64,000 nucleotides of DNA, from positions 15,203 to 79,202 of the forward strand of contig JAQBYT010000016.1 in assembly GCA_027622665.1 (NCBI GenBank), given 5' to 3'. This document shows, piece after piece, positions 20,404 to 30,035 of the stretch. The notes under the pieces are model-generated. The model was not told where the DNA came from and did no database searches. It was given only the letters and a program-made list of their open reading frames with translations. The position numbers were made by a program, and so were the translations under genes. The DNA comes from Verrucomicrobiota bacterium (lineage in GTDB: Bacteria > Verrucomicrobiota > Verrucomicrobiia > Opitutales > Seribacteraceae). Positions within the stretch are counted from its first letter, which is position 1. Each line of letters starts with the position of its first letter.

Positions 20404-20538
20404 AGGCTTGATGCTAGATTGCTGCGAAGAAGCCAACCGACGCACTTGGAGACCAAACACTTCAACACTCCAAGAAAGAATTCTCAAATCGGTTTGCCAG
20501 TTTGAAACCGAAAGGCTATCGAAAAGCACAACAACCGA

Positions 20539-21708
20539 ATGAAAGAAGCACAAGAAGCAGTCTTTGCCTTGGAAGATGGCAGCGTATTCCGAGGAAAAGC
20601 CTTTGGCGGCAAAACCACCGTAGTGGGCGAAGCCGTATTTAACACCAGTATGACGGGGTATCAAGAAATCCTCACAGACCCATCGTACTATGGACAAGTC
20701 GTCACGATGACGGCACCCCAGATCGGCAACTATGGCATCATCCCCGGAGACGAGGAATCAGACGGCCCAAAAGCAGCAGGCTTCGTCGTTCGTGAGTTGA
20801 GCACCATAGTGAGCAACTGGCGGGCAACCTCCAACCTGCATGATTTTCTCGCCGAGCACGGCATCCCGGGAATCGAAGGCGTGGACACTCGCGCCATTGC
20901 AAAACGCATACGAGTCAAGGGGGCACTAAAAAGTTGCCTAAGTACGGAAGGCCTTTCGGATGAGGAGGCACTCGCCAAGGCAAACGAATGGTCGGGCCTA
21001 GTGGGGATCGACTACGTCAAGGAAGTTACCTGTGCCGAAACCTACGAATGGGACCCTGAGTCCACTAAGAGCAATAGCTTTACCCTTGCGGGGACGAACC
21101 TAAGCAAGGACATCGCGAACAATACGAAATACCGTGTGGTCGCCTTCGACTTCGGGGCAAAATGGTCTATCTTTCGCAACCTTCGAAGACATGGCTTCGA
21201 AGTTCACGTATTGCCGGCAGATTCAACGGCAAAGGAAGCCCGGGCACTTAACCCGGATGCCATTTTCCTTTCCAATGGACCGGGCGACCCTTCCGCCCTC
21301 ACCTATGCCCACGATTCCGTTCGTGATCTCTTGCCCGACTTCCCCGTATTCGGGATTTGTCTAGGTCACCAAATTATTTCTCACGCTCTAGGGGCTAATA
21401 CCTACAAGTTGAAATTCGGGCACAGAGGAGGGAATCAACCCGTTCAAAATGTGGAGCAGGGTCGTGTAGCGATCACAGCTCAGAATCACGGTTTTGCATC
21501 CAGTGCCGAGGAACTCGAAAGCTGTGGGGCAGTGGTCACGGAATACAACCTAAATGACGAAACCGTGTCCGGCCTCCGCCATAAGGATCTTCCGGTTTTT
21601 TCCGTCCAATACCATCCTGAGGGAGCTCCCGGGCCAAATGATGCGAACGCCCTTTTCCAAGCCTTTCACGACCTCATAACCGAGGCAAAGAAACGCCGGC
21701 AAGGGTAA
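20539..21708 (+). CDS. carA: Carbamoyl-phosphate synthase small subunit
   Basis: GEAVFNTSMTGYQEILTDPSY, LSNGPGDP, FGICLGHQ, FGHRGGNQP, SVQYHPE. Confidence 0.98.
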   Translation: MKEAQEAVFALEDGSVFRGKAFGGKTTVVGEAVFNTSMTGYQEILTDPSYYGQVVTMTAPQIGNYGIIPGDEESDGPKAAGFVVRELSTIVSNWRATSNLHDFLAEHGIPGIEGVDTRAIAKRIRVKGALKSCLSTEGLSDEEALAKANEWSGLVGIDYVKEVTCAETYEWDPESTKSNSFTLAGTNLSKDIANNTKYRVVAFDFGAKWSIFRNLRRHGFEVHVLPADSTAKEARALNPDAIFLSNGPGDPSALTYAHDSVRDLLPDFPVFGICLGHQIISHALGANTYKLKFGHRGGNQPVQNVEQGRVAITAQNHGFASSAEELESCGAVVTEYNLNDETVSGLRHKDLPVFSVQYHPEGAPGPNDANALFQAFHDLITEAKKRRQG

Positions 21709-21724
21709 CGATCTTTTCTCAACC

Positions 21725-22696
21725 ATGGGAGACGCCGTAAAGATCGCACCGTCGACCTCCGTCCTTGTCTCCGACGTCGCCTTCGAAAAACACATCACCG
21801 GATTCGGCCATCCTGAACAACCAGACCGCAATAAAGCGGTCCTCAAAGCGCTCGACAACGCCGGCATCTCCGAAAAGTTCAGCAAAGTGGACCCACGACC
21901 CTGCGAGGATGCCGACATCCTGCGTTGCCACTCGGGGAAATACCTCAACACCGTAAAAGCCGACATCACCTCGGGAAAGAATCAGCTCAGTACAGGCGAC
22001 ACCAACATTTGCCCCGCCTCTCTAGACATTGGTCGCCTCGCAGCAGGCGCAGTCCTCGCAGCGGTAGACGAAGTCCTTGCAGGCAAAGCCTCCAATGCCT
22101 TCTGCGTCGTCCGACCACCTGGACACCACGCCACTCCCGATAAAGGCATGGGCTTCTGTCTCTTCAACAACATCGCCATCGCAGCTCGTTACGCCCAAAA
22201 AAAATACGGCATAGGTAAAATTCTCATCGTTGATTGGGACGTGCATCACGGCAACGGAACCCAAGACGTATTCTACGAGGACGAAACCGTTTTTTTCTTT
22301 AGCACTCACCAATCCCCGTGGTACCCCGGCACGGGCGAACGGGAAGAAACAGGCAAGGGGAAAGGACTGGGTTCCACTCTCAACCGCCCCTGCCCCGCAG
22401 GATCAGGTCGCGACAAAATAGTGGAAAATGCTTTCGGCCAGGATCTCATAACAGTAATGAACAAGTTTCGACCCGAACTCATTCTCGTTTCAGCAGGATT
22501 TGATTCTCGAATTGGTGACCCACTCGGACAATTCCGTCTTACCGACAAGGACTTCACCTCACTTACCGGAATCGTTCTCGATTTCGCCAAGGAATACGCC
22601 AATGATAAAATCGTCTCTGTTTTGGAAGGCGGATACGACCTCGACGGATTGGGCAAAGCCTCAGTAAGCCACGCTCGGAAGCTTTTAAACATCTAA
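21725..22696 (+). CDS. Histone deacetylase-family (Zn-dependent) amidohydrolase
   Basis: GHPEQPDR, RPPGHHA, GFCLFNN, DWDVHHGNGTQ, SAGFD, LEGGY. Confidence 0.93.
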   Translation: MGDAVKIAPSTSVLVSDVAFEKHITGFGHPEQPDRNKAVLKALDNAGISEKFSKVDPRPCEDADILRCHSGKYLNTVKADITSGKNQLSTGDTNICPASLDIGRLAAGAVLAAVDEVLAGKASNAFCVVRPPGHHATPDKGMGFCLFNNIAIAARYAQKKYGIGKILIVDWDVHHGNGTQDVFYEDETVFFFSTHQSPWYPGTGEREETGKGKGLGSTLNRPCPAGSGRDKIVENAFGQDLITVMNKFRPELILVSAGFDSRIGDPLGQFRLTDKDFTSLTGIVLDFAKEYANDKIVSVLEGGYDLDGLGKASVSHARKLLNI

Positions 22697-22806
22697 TTCA
22701 ACAGGCATTATAAAATTCGCTCCAAATTATAATAGCTAAGAAAACCGTCAGGGTGTAAAATACATGGAAATTAAACATAAAATCCCACGAAGTTCTTAAG
22801 GAATCC

Positions 22807-23247
22807 ATGGAAAACATTGGCGTAAAGGCGATTGCATCCGACATGAACCTTTCCTCCTCCCTTCTCTACAAGTGGTGTCAACCCAACAACGAAGAAGATG
22901 AAAACGGAACCACCAATCCACTCGATCGTGTTGCCAAAATCTTCGAAGCCACGGGCGATGAACACCTTTTAGCTTGGATTTGCCAACAAGCAGACGGTTT
23001 TTTCTCGCCAAATCCTAAGGTAGGCGATGCCGCCGAGAACCTTTTTGCCAACACGCATCGGCTAGTGACCGAGTTTTCCGATCTTCTTCGTGAAGTCTCC
23101 CAGAGTTATGACAAAGATGGCGATATCTGCAAAGAGGATTCGCGGCGCATACGTCGTGAATGGGAAGAACTCAAAGGTGCGGGCGAATCTTTTGTCAAGG
23201 CGTGCGAGAAAGGTTTTTTTAAGATCGAAGAAAAAAGAGTGCTGTAA
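22807..23247 (+). CDS. Phage-CII-like (CP76-type) HTH regulatory protein
   Basis: HTH-like GVKAIASDMNLSSSLLYKW, NPLDRV, WICQQADGFF, EFSDLL..., IRREWEELK; true start may be at 22777. Confidence 0.65.
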   Translation: MENIGVKAIASDMNLSSSLLYKWCQPNNEEDENGTTNPLDRVAKIFEATGDEHLLAWICQQADGFFSPNPKVGDAAENLFANTHRLVTEFSDLLREVSQSYDKDGDICKEDSRRIRREWEELKGAGESFVKACEKGFFKIEEKRVL

Positions 23248-23420
23248 ATTTGACGAGGATTATAATTTAGGTTAACCTATCTCATAATCCACTCGATTAT
23301 AAATGGAAAACAAGAAAGGATTTGGGAAAAAGAGTACTTGCACCTTCGACATATAAACCAGAGCAATTGCCCGTAAAGGAAGGGTAGCAGCTCTAAATCC
23401 AATAGCCTTTAAGTTTGTCC

Positions 23421-23450
23421 AAAAAGCGCCGCTTACGCGGCGCTTTTTTT
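23421..23450. terminator. Bidirectional intrinsic terminator
   Basis: AAAAAGCGCCGC-TTAC-GCGGCGCTTTTTTT: perfect GC stem with A-tract before and T-tract after. Confidence 0.85.
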
Positions 23451-23541
23451 GTCATTAGATGAAAGGGTAACCTAACCGACCTTGACTCTTAATGTGGTGC
23501 TACATATTTTGGGCAATTCCACTACCCATTCCTTATAAGCC

Positions 23542-23994
23542 ATGTTACGAGGCATCTCACCACTTCTTAGTCCCGACCTACTCGAAACCATGTATCGCAT
23601 GGGACATCACGACGAAATCATTTTCGGTGATGCACATTTCCCAGGTGAAAGCTGCAACACGAAAATCATTAGAGCCGATGGGTTGCAAATTGACGATCTT
23701 CTCGAAGCCGTACTCCCGCTCTTCGTACTCGATCACGTCGTCGACAATCCCGTCATGATGATGGAACCTCTACCTGAAGATAAAGCCGACGCTAAAATTT
23801 CAGCCGACTATAAAAAGGTGCACGATGGTTACCACGAAATCGTACAGAAGCATTATCCCGACACCGCTCCCATCGCACAAGTAGGGAAATGGGATTTTTA
23901 CGAGCAAACCAAAAAAGCTTTCGCCGTCGTCATGACCGGCGACACACGCATTTACGCGAACCTCATTTTGGCGAAGGGCGTTACTACTTGGTAA
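23542..23994 (+). CDS. fucU: RbsD/FucU-family mutarotase (L-fucose mutarotase-like)
   Basis: MLRGISPLLSPDLL, MGHHDEIIFGDAHFP, DFYEQ, VMTGDTRIYANLILAKGV. Confidence 0.88.
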   Translation: MLRGISPLLSPDLLETMYRMGHHDEIIFGDAHFPGESCNTKIIRADGLQIDDLLEAVLPLFVLDHVVDNPVMMMEPLPEDKADAKISADYKKVHDGYHEIVQKHYPDTAPIAQVGKWDFYEQTKKAFAVVMTGDTRIYANLILAKGVTTW

Positions 23995-24546
23995 ATGAAG
24001 TTTAAAGAGAAACACTTATTACTAAGTATATTTCTACTCTTTTGGTCTTTTGCTAGTTGCTTTGAACAGACAGCCGATATCTCTATCCCTAAAGGTTATG
24101 ACTCCAATCAAATATCCTTTAAATACCCGAAGAACTGGGAAATTACCCAAGATTACTATACCCCTGCGGTTCATAATCTTTTCGTAGAAACTGCTGGCGA
24201 CGCATTGGTTATCTTACAATCATATCAGTCAGACCTAGCTGAAGATCTGGAATCTTTCTCAAAAAGTTTTTCAGAAAGTTCACGGACAGATACTCCGGTT
24301 GGCGAAGCTTCATTGGGTCATGAATTTGAAAATATCCCAAAGGAAGGGGGATATGAATGGATACGGGAGCAATTCGAGATTTCCTTACTTGGCGTATCCG
24401 TTCCTCATAGGAGAATTTACGGAACCAAGAAAATTGCCGATCGACAAATTTTCCTCATTTTTCAAGTTGCAACTGAGGATTACTCAAAAGCAGAGCCTGG
24501 CTTTCGTTTAATTAGGGATACCCTAAGAGAATCCAAGACGAATTAG
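23995..24546 (+). CDS. Hypothetical lipoprotein, AT-rich gene
   Basis: Signal peptide with lipobox-like FASC; ISFKYPKNW (PsbP/DcrB-like start); starts directly after the fucU stop. Confidence 0.6.
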   Translation: MKFKEKHLLLSIFLLFWSFASCFEQTADISIPKGYDSNQISFKYPKNWEITQDYYTPAVHNLFVETAGDALVILQSYQSDLAEDLESFSKSFSESSRTDTPVGEASLGHEFENIPKEGGYEWIREQFEISLLGVSVPHRRIYGTKKIADRQIFLIFQVATEDYSKAEPGFRLIRDTLRESKTN

Positions 24547-24549
24547 CGT

Positions 24550-25365
24550 CTATCCGCGGGATTTTCCTCCGGAAATATTGACCGTGGTTCCGTGCAGGTA
24601 GGAAGCACGATCGGAGGCAAGAAAAACAACTAAATCCGAAACCTCAGAAAGTTTTCCGCTTCGACCTAAGGGTATGGAAGATCCATCCTTGGAACGCAAT
24701 TCCTCCACCGAGATTCCACGTGTGTATGCAAGAGATTCCTCATAGGTATCACTTCTCATGCTCGTGGCCTCCATGATTCCCGGGGCTACTCCCACGACTC
24801 GAATACCCTTGTTCCCTAGCTCCTTGGCCCACGAACGGGTAAGGTTTTGGTTGGCCGCCTTGGTCGCAGCATAAACGCTTTGGCCTTCACTTCCCTCCAT
24901 GCCGGATTCGGAAGACATGTTGATTAGCACTCCGCCTTTTCCATCAGCCAACATAGCTCGAGCAGCTGCTTGGGCACAGAGAAACTGCCCCTTTACGTTG
25001 ACGGCGAAAACCTTGTCCCAGATTTCCTCGGTCAGTTCCTCCTTGCCGGTGGGGTCAACGAGGAGACGGGGAACGTTAATGCCGGCATTGTTTACGAGGA
25101 CGTCGAGACGCCCGAAACGCTCGACTGCGGTGGCCACCATATTCTCTACGTCAGCCTTGGAAGTAACGTCGCAGCGAACGAAAACAGCTTCACCGGAGCC
25201 AAGGGAAGAAATTTCCTCGATTGCCTGAGCTCCTTGTTCCTCGGCGAAGTCAGCCAGAATAACGTTGGCCCCGACTTCGGCGAAGCCCTTGGCTACTGCA
25301 AGACCGATTCCGCAAGCGCCACCCGTGATTGCTACGTTTTTTTCAGCTAGGTTTGTCCAGTTCAT
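24550..25365 (-). CDS. SDR oxidoreductase, sorbitol(glucitol)-6-phosphate 2-dehydrogenase (SorD-like)
   Basis: TGGACGIG, NNAGINVPRLLVD, NMSSESGMEGSEGQSVYAATK, LAYTRGISVEEL: signature of the SorD-type SDR subfamily. Confidence 0.85.
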   Translation of the reverse strand: MNWTNLAEKNVAITGGACGIGLAVAKGFAEVGANVILADFAEEQGAQAIEEISSLGSGEAVFVRCDVTSKADVENMVATAVERFGRLDVLVNNAGINVPRLLVDPTGKEELTEEIWDKVFAVNVKGQFLCAQAAARAMLADGKGGVLINMSSESGMEGSEGQSVYAATKAANQNLTRSWAKELGNKGIRVVGVAPGIMEATSMRSDTYEESLAYTRGISVEELRSKDGSSIPLGRSGKLSEVSDLVVFLASDRASYLHGTTVNISGGKSRG

Positions 25366-25400
25366 GCTACGAAGAGAGAAGTTGTACAAGGATGGTAGGT

Positions 25401-27209
25401 TTAAGAAAGGTCAAGCGGGTAAGGTTTATCGTAGCCTGTGTAGAGAGCTTGCTCGACCTCACGCGACCAAACCTCGCCGTTAGTTCTGAGAACTTGGGCG
25501 GCTAGTTCGAGTGCGGTTCGCACAGGTTTTTCGGCATTCTCTGCAGCGGCATCAAAAGCCGCAGCGGAAACCTCAACGTAGGGAATATCGGGCAGCTCGG
25601 TGAAGGCAAAAAATGAGCCGAATGGTTGCTCGCTCTCTACTTTTTCCATCATTACGGGAACGTGACGAAGACCGCACACACCCTTGACCATCCAGTCGAA
25701 GTCCACGGGTTTCTGAGCCTGCTGAACCATATCGTCGGAATGGGGCTCCGAAGTATTGGTCATGTGCCAAGGAACGTTGGAACCGCAAATTTGATGACGG
25801 GAAACATAATGAGCGTGCCGAGAGCCGATGGGGACGACCAGATCGCCATCTATAAAATTGACCGCTGCCGATCGCGCGAGACGCCCTTCGACTTTGCGGT
25901 AAAGGGCGGCGGCCTCTTCGCCGGTTGAAGCGATGAACACGTCGGTGTATGTGGAGGCTTCGGTCAATGAACGTAAGTTTCGATCGGATAAATCGTCTCC
26001 CGGGACATGGGCCTCCGTACCTCCCGGTAGGGCTTTCAGATAAGCGTCTACACGTTCTGGTTGCCCATCGAAGCCAAGAAGAGCGACGCGAGGTTCCTTG
26101 TCGAGACCTCGATGGCGACGAGGGTCGTTAGGACCGAGGTTGTGATGCATCGCCCCTATTTGGGCAGTGACCTCCTCGGCGATGGAAGCAAAACCGGGAG
26201 CATGCGCAACGCTCATAGGCAGAAGGAGGTCTGGGTCGGAAGCTCCTGCATAACTGTTGAGATTGCCCCCATCGGCAATGATTTCACAAGCTTGATCGTA
26301 GGTTGCCTGGGAAGCGTAATTCGTCCAGATCACCTCGGATTTACCAAATTCGGTGAGCTTGGAAATGATTTCCGGGTCGCTCCGGTCAATCAAGACGACG
26401 CGACTACCTCGACGACGGAGGTCACGAATGAGGGCGTACTCCTCCATATCGGCAAGCTTTCCGGGAGAACCTGTAATATAAACGACGGATGGAAGTTCGT
26501 CATCGGGAACGGCAGCCACGATGGTGAGGTTTATCATCGCCATGCGGGCAGTACCCGACAGATAGGCAACTGTGGCTCGGGGGGGCACTCCATAGCGAAA
26601 CTCACCGTCCGAACCGATTGTGAACACATGCTTGTTGGTACCGTAGTTGCAAGCGAATGGCTCGGCATGAGCAAGTGAAACAAGGCTTATGTCCGGATGA
26701 TGCCCAACCTTGTTGAAGAGATTCCCAAAGCCTTGTTGCTTCAAAAAGGCGGGAGCGGAACCCGGCACGGCGTTGAAAGCACGTAGGCCGCCGAGATGAC
26801 GGTAGGAGTAACCAAGTGCGGCGAGAACACCATCGGAGGCCGGAGCAAATGTTGAAGGGTCGATCGGTTCGCTCGAATGGCCGGGCGTGACGACAACGAG
26901 ATCCCCGGGAACAAAACCTGAATCCTCGGGAGCTTGCAGGACAAGCTGAAGGGTCTCATGTCCAAGAGCTATTTGATTCACACCGTGCGGCACCCGGGCA
27001 TGAGCGTCGAACTGGCGGATGGCCTTGGCGTCGGAAGCGCAACGACAATTACCAAAACCGGCGAGGACAAAACCGTTGCCGTCGAAAGCGGAAGCGGGAA
27101 GCTCATCGGAAAGAAGTCGTATCTCGTTGGGGCCTGTAAGAAAAATACCCTGATGTTCTAGTCGGGCGTTTTCAAGTAGATCGGCGGCTCGTTCTTGTCT
27201 GGATGGCAT
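25401..27209 (-). CDS. Divergent L-sorbose-1-phosphate reductase-like (SorE-type MDR) protein, enlarged
   Basis: CRCASD, HARVP..ALGHE, LGYSY..GGL, AEPFAC, GNLNSYAG, DDM, VCGL, EVWSREVEQAL follow SorE motif order; 602 aa. Confidence 0.65.
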   Translation of the reverse strand: MPSRQERAADLLENARLEHQGIFLTGPNEIRLLSDELPASAFDGNGFVLAGFGNCRCASDAKAIRQFDAHARVPHGVNQIALGHETLQLVLQAPEDSGFVPGDLVVVTPGHSSEPIDPSTFAPASDGVLAALGYSYRHLGGLRAFNAVPGSAPAFLKQQGFGNLFNKVGHHPDISLVSLAHAEPFACNYGTNKHVFTIGSDGEFRYGVPPRATVAYLSGTARMAMINLTIVAAVPDDELPSVVYITGSPGKLADMEEYALIRDLRRRGSRVVLIDRSDPEIISKLTEFGKSEVIWTNYASQATYDQACEIIADGGNLNSYAGASDPDLLLPMSVAHAPGFASIAEEVTAQIGAMHHNLGPNDPRRHRGLDKEPRVALLGFDGQPERVDAYLKALPGGTEAHVPGDDLSDRNLRSLTEASTYTDVFIASTGEEAAALYRKVEGRLARSAAVNFIDGDLVVPIGSRHAHYVSRHQICGSNVPWHMTNTSEPHSDDMVQQAQKPVDFDWMVKGVCGLRHVPVMMEKVESEQPFGSFFAFTELPDIPYVEVSAAAFDAAAENAEKPVRTALELAAQVLRTNGEVWSREVEQALYTGYDKPYPLDLS

Positions 27210-27228
27210 TTTTATAAAAAGTTAAAAT

Positions 27229-27507
27229 TCAAACCTGAGGAGGAGCATCGGAATAGAACAAGTCATCCAGACTATCCCACGCACCCGGAGCTCCGGGAAG
27301 AGATAATCGCCGGGTAGTCATTACATTCCCCATGTCGCGAAGGTCATCGCACCCGATTCCCTTGATATTATCACCAAGGGTTCGAGCATGAATAATGTAC
27401 TTGGCGGTCATCTCGAGAAGATCCGTGCACATCTGAGCCCACTTTATATCCCATGGAGTAAGAAATACGTAACCATGATTTTCCATCAGAAAGGAATATG
27501 ACGAATC
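27229..27507 (-). pseudogene. C-terminal remnant of a class II aldolase/epimerase
   Basis: SFLMENHG...LLEMTAK resembles the class II aldolase C-terminal part; in-frame TGA at 27508-27510 and no room for the N-terminal half before the E1 stop. Confidence 0.55.
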
Positions 27508-27519
27508 TCACCGGAATGG

Positions 27520-29976
27520 CTACACCCCTTCCCGGTTGCGACGCACCAGTTCCCCGTTGGTCGGGTTGGTGGTGAGTTTGTGACCATCCAGAGGGACAAT
27601 GCGTTCATGGATCGCATCAAGAATCCAGTTTGGTTGAGGGAAGAAATCTTCCTCCACCTCAGCTCCGGGAGTAATCCAGTTTCGGGACCCGACGACCACG
27701 GGCGGAGCGTCCAAGTAATCGAATGCGAGCTGGCTCAAGTTGTTAGCAATGTCCTGCATGACTGATCCTCGCTCACAAGCGTCGGAAGATAAAACGACCC
27801 TGCCCGTCCGCTTAACCGATTCCACCAATGGTTCGTAGTCGAGTGGATTGATGGAGCGACAATCAAAGACATCGCAACTCATGCCATAACGTTCCTGTAA
27901 TTGGTCGGCGGCTTCGAGTGCTCGGTAGAGGGTGGCGCCAACGGTAATCATCGTAAGATCGGTGCCCGAACGACGCTTGGCGGGAGGCCCAATGGGTATC
28001 TCGTAGTAATCAGCGGGCACCTCGGGTTCGAAAAGTTCGCCAATGTCGTACAGCCGCTGACTCTCGAAGAAAATAACCGGATCGCTTCCGGCCAAGGCTG
28101 TATTCAAAAGCCCCTTGGCGTCATAAGGAGTGGAAGGGAAAACAACCTTCAGACCTGGAATATGACTTACGATGGCACACCAGTCCTGCGAATGCTGGGC
28201 ACCATATTTGGAACCAACCGAAACCCGCAAAACCACGGGCATCTCGAGAATCCCCGCACTCATGCTCTGCCATTTGGCAAGCTGGTTAAAAATCTCGTCG
28301 CCCGCTCGGCCAATGAAATCGCAATACATCAACTCGATCAAGGCTCGGCCACCTTCCAGGGCGTAACCGACTGCAGTTCCCACGATCGCGGCTTCCGAAA
28401 TAGGAGAGTTGAAAAGGCGGTGATAGGGCAAGGACTCGGTAAGACCGCGGTAACAAGCAAAGGCGCCACCCCAGTCCCGATTCTCTTCGCCATAGGCAAT
28501 CAGAGTGGGATCATTTTCAAACCGATGAAGCACGGCCTCAAAAATGGCGTCGCGATATTGAAAGACCTTGTTTTTCGAGACAGGTTTACCGTCAACGACT
28601 CCCGCCCGCGACTTTTTGGCGAGGGCTTGGACGCGCGGGTTTTCGTCATGGGCAAGCAGTAGCTCAGGCTTTCGCGATTCATCATAGCTCTCGCAGCGAC
28701 GATTGGAAAACATGAGCTCTCCGATTTTCTCTGATGGAATACGCGGAGACACCTCCAGATCCGTGGCAAGTCGGCAGACTTTAGCCATGGCCGTTCTCGT
28801 TTTCTCAATCAAGGCATCACGGGCCGCATCATCAAGTACGCCGACCCTTTTCAATTCGGCGGAAAAACTATCCAAAGGATCGACGGATTGCCACGCCTCG
28901 ATCTCCTCCTTCATCCGGTAAGAGGATGCATCCGAGGGAGAGTGCCCGGAAAATCGATAGGTAATTGTCTCAAGGAGTACCGGACCGTCTCCCTTCTCCA
29001 ACACCTCTCGCTTGCGCTTGATTGCATCGACAACCGCAAGCGGATTGTAGCCATCCACGCGCTCGGAGTGCATGGCATCCGGGTTCACACCTGCGCCCAC
29101 TCGAGAAAGCATGTCGAATGCCATGGTCTCGCCCGCAGTCTGGCCACCCATGCCATAAAAATTGTTCATGAAGTTGAAGATGATTGGCAATCCTCCGCGC
29201 AAGGATTCATCCCAAAGCTCATGAAACTGCCTCATGCCGGCAAAATTCATAGCTTCCCAAGTTGGTCCGCAACCCATGGAGGCATCACCGATATTGGCAA
29301 TAACGAGACCATTCTTCCGGTTGACTTTCTTGAATAAGGCGGAACCAGTCGCTATATCGGCCGAACCGCCAACGATAGCATTGTTCGGAAAAACCCCAAA
29401 AGGAGTGAAGAAGGCATGCATGGAACCACCAAGGCCTCGATTGAACCCGGAAGCCCGAGCAAAGATTTCCGCCAAGGCTCCGTAGAGAAGAAAATCCCGG
29501 GCCAAATCCTTTACGCTCCCTCCTGAGGTTTCCTTTTCTACGACCCTTAGGCAGTCTCCACCGAGAAAGTCTTCCATCACGACCTGTAATTGAGCATCGT
29601 CGATTTTGCGAATAGCTGATGCTCCCTTGGCGAGAATCTCCCCATGCGAGCGGTGCGAGCCGAAGACATGGTCGTCCGGTCCCAGCAGAAAAGCCTGACC
29701 GACGGCTGCGGCTTCTTGCCCGATGGATAAGTGAGCGGGGCCCTTGTGATCGTATTCGATTCCCTGATAGATTCCCTGCGTCTTTATCTCCTGCAGCATG
29801 TTCTCAAACTCTCGAATGAGAAACATATCCTCATAAATACCAACGAGAGCTTCGGGCCCGTAGCTTTCCAGCTCATCCTCAATCGTTCCGGAATATTGGT
29901 TAAGAGGAATATCAGGGCAAGTCAGTTTCCCTGTTTTGCGTTCCTTTTGCGGTTCGATGATTTGCGACTTAGGCAT
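27520..29976 (-). CDS. Fused E1 alpha/beta TPP-dependent 2-oxoacid/acetoin dehydrogenase-type subunit
   Basis: [32 protein letters not shown] (TPP motif), RFSGHSPSD; beta half [24 protein letters not shown]. Confidence 0.92.
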   Translation of the reverse strand: MPKSQIIEPQKERKTGKLTCPDIPLNQYSGTIEDELESYGPEALVGIYEDMFLIREFENMLQEIKTQGIYQGIEYDHKGPAHLSIGQEAAAVGQAFLLGPDDHVFGSHRSHGEILAKGASAIRKIDDAQLQVVMEDFLGGDCLRVVEKETSGGSVKDLARDFLLYGALAEIFARASGFNRGLGGSMHAFFTPFGVFPNNAIVGGSADIATGSALFKKVNRKNGLVIANIGDASMGCGPTWEAMNFAGMRQFHELWDESLRGGLPIIFNFMNNFYGMGGQTAGETMAFDMLSRVGAGVNPDAMHSERVDGYNPLAVVDAIKRKREVLEKGDGPVLLETITYRFSGHSPSDASSYRMKEEIEAWQSVDPLDSFSAELKRVGVLDDAARDALIEKTRTAMAKVCRLATDLEVSPRIPSEKIGELMFSNRRCESYDESRKPELLLAHDENPRVQALAKKSRAGVVDGKPVSKNKVFQYRDAIFEAVLHRFENDPTLIAYGEENRDWGGAFACYRGLTESLPYHRLFNSPISEAAIVGTAVGYALEGGRALIELMYCDFIGRAGDEIFNQLAKWQSMSAGILEMPVVLRVSVGSKYGAQHSQDWCAIVSHIPGLKVVFPSTPYDAKGLLNTALAGSDPVIFFESQRLYDIGELFEPEVPADYYEIPIGPPAKRRSGTDLTMITVGATLYRALEAADQLQERYGMSCDVFDCRSINPLDYEPLVESVKRTGRVVLSSDACERGSVMQDIANNLSQLAFDYLDAPPVVVGSRNWITPGAEVEEDFFPQPNWILDAIHERIVPLDGHKLTTNPTNGELVRRNREGV

Positions 29977-30035
29977 AATTCAAATGGTTGCGGTAAAATA
30001 AAGGTAAGATGGAACAAAGAGAGGGGTACGAGGCA

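Noticed and set aside
22807..23247. Prophage suggested by the CII-like gene
   Set aside because: No integrase, structural or replication genes and no att-like repeats nearby.
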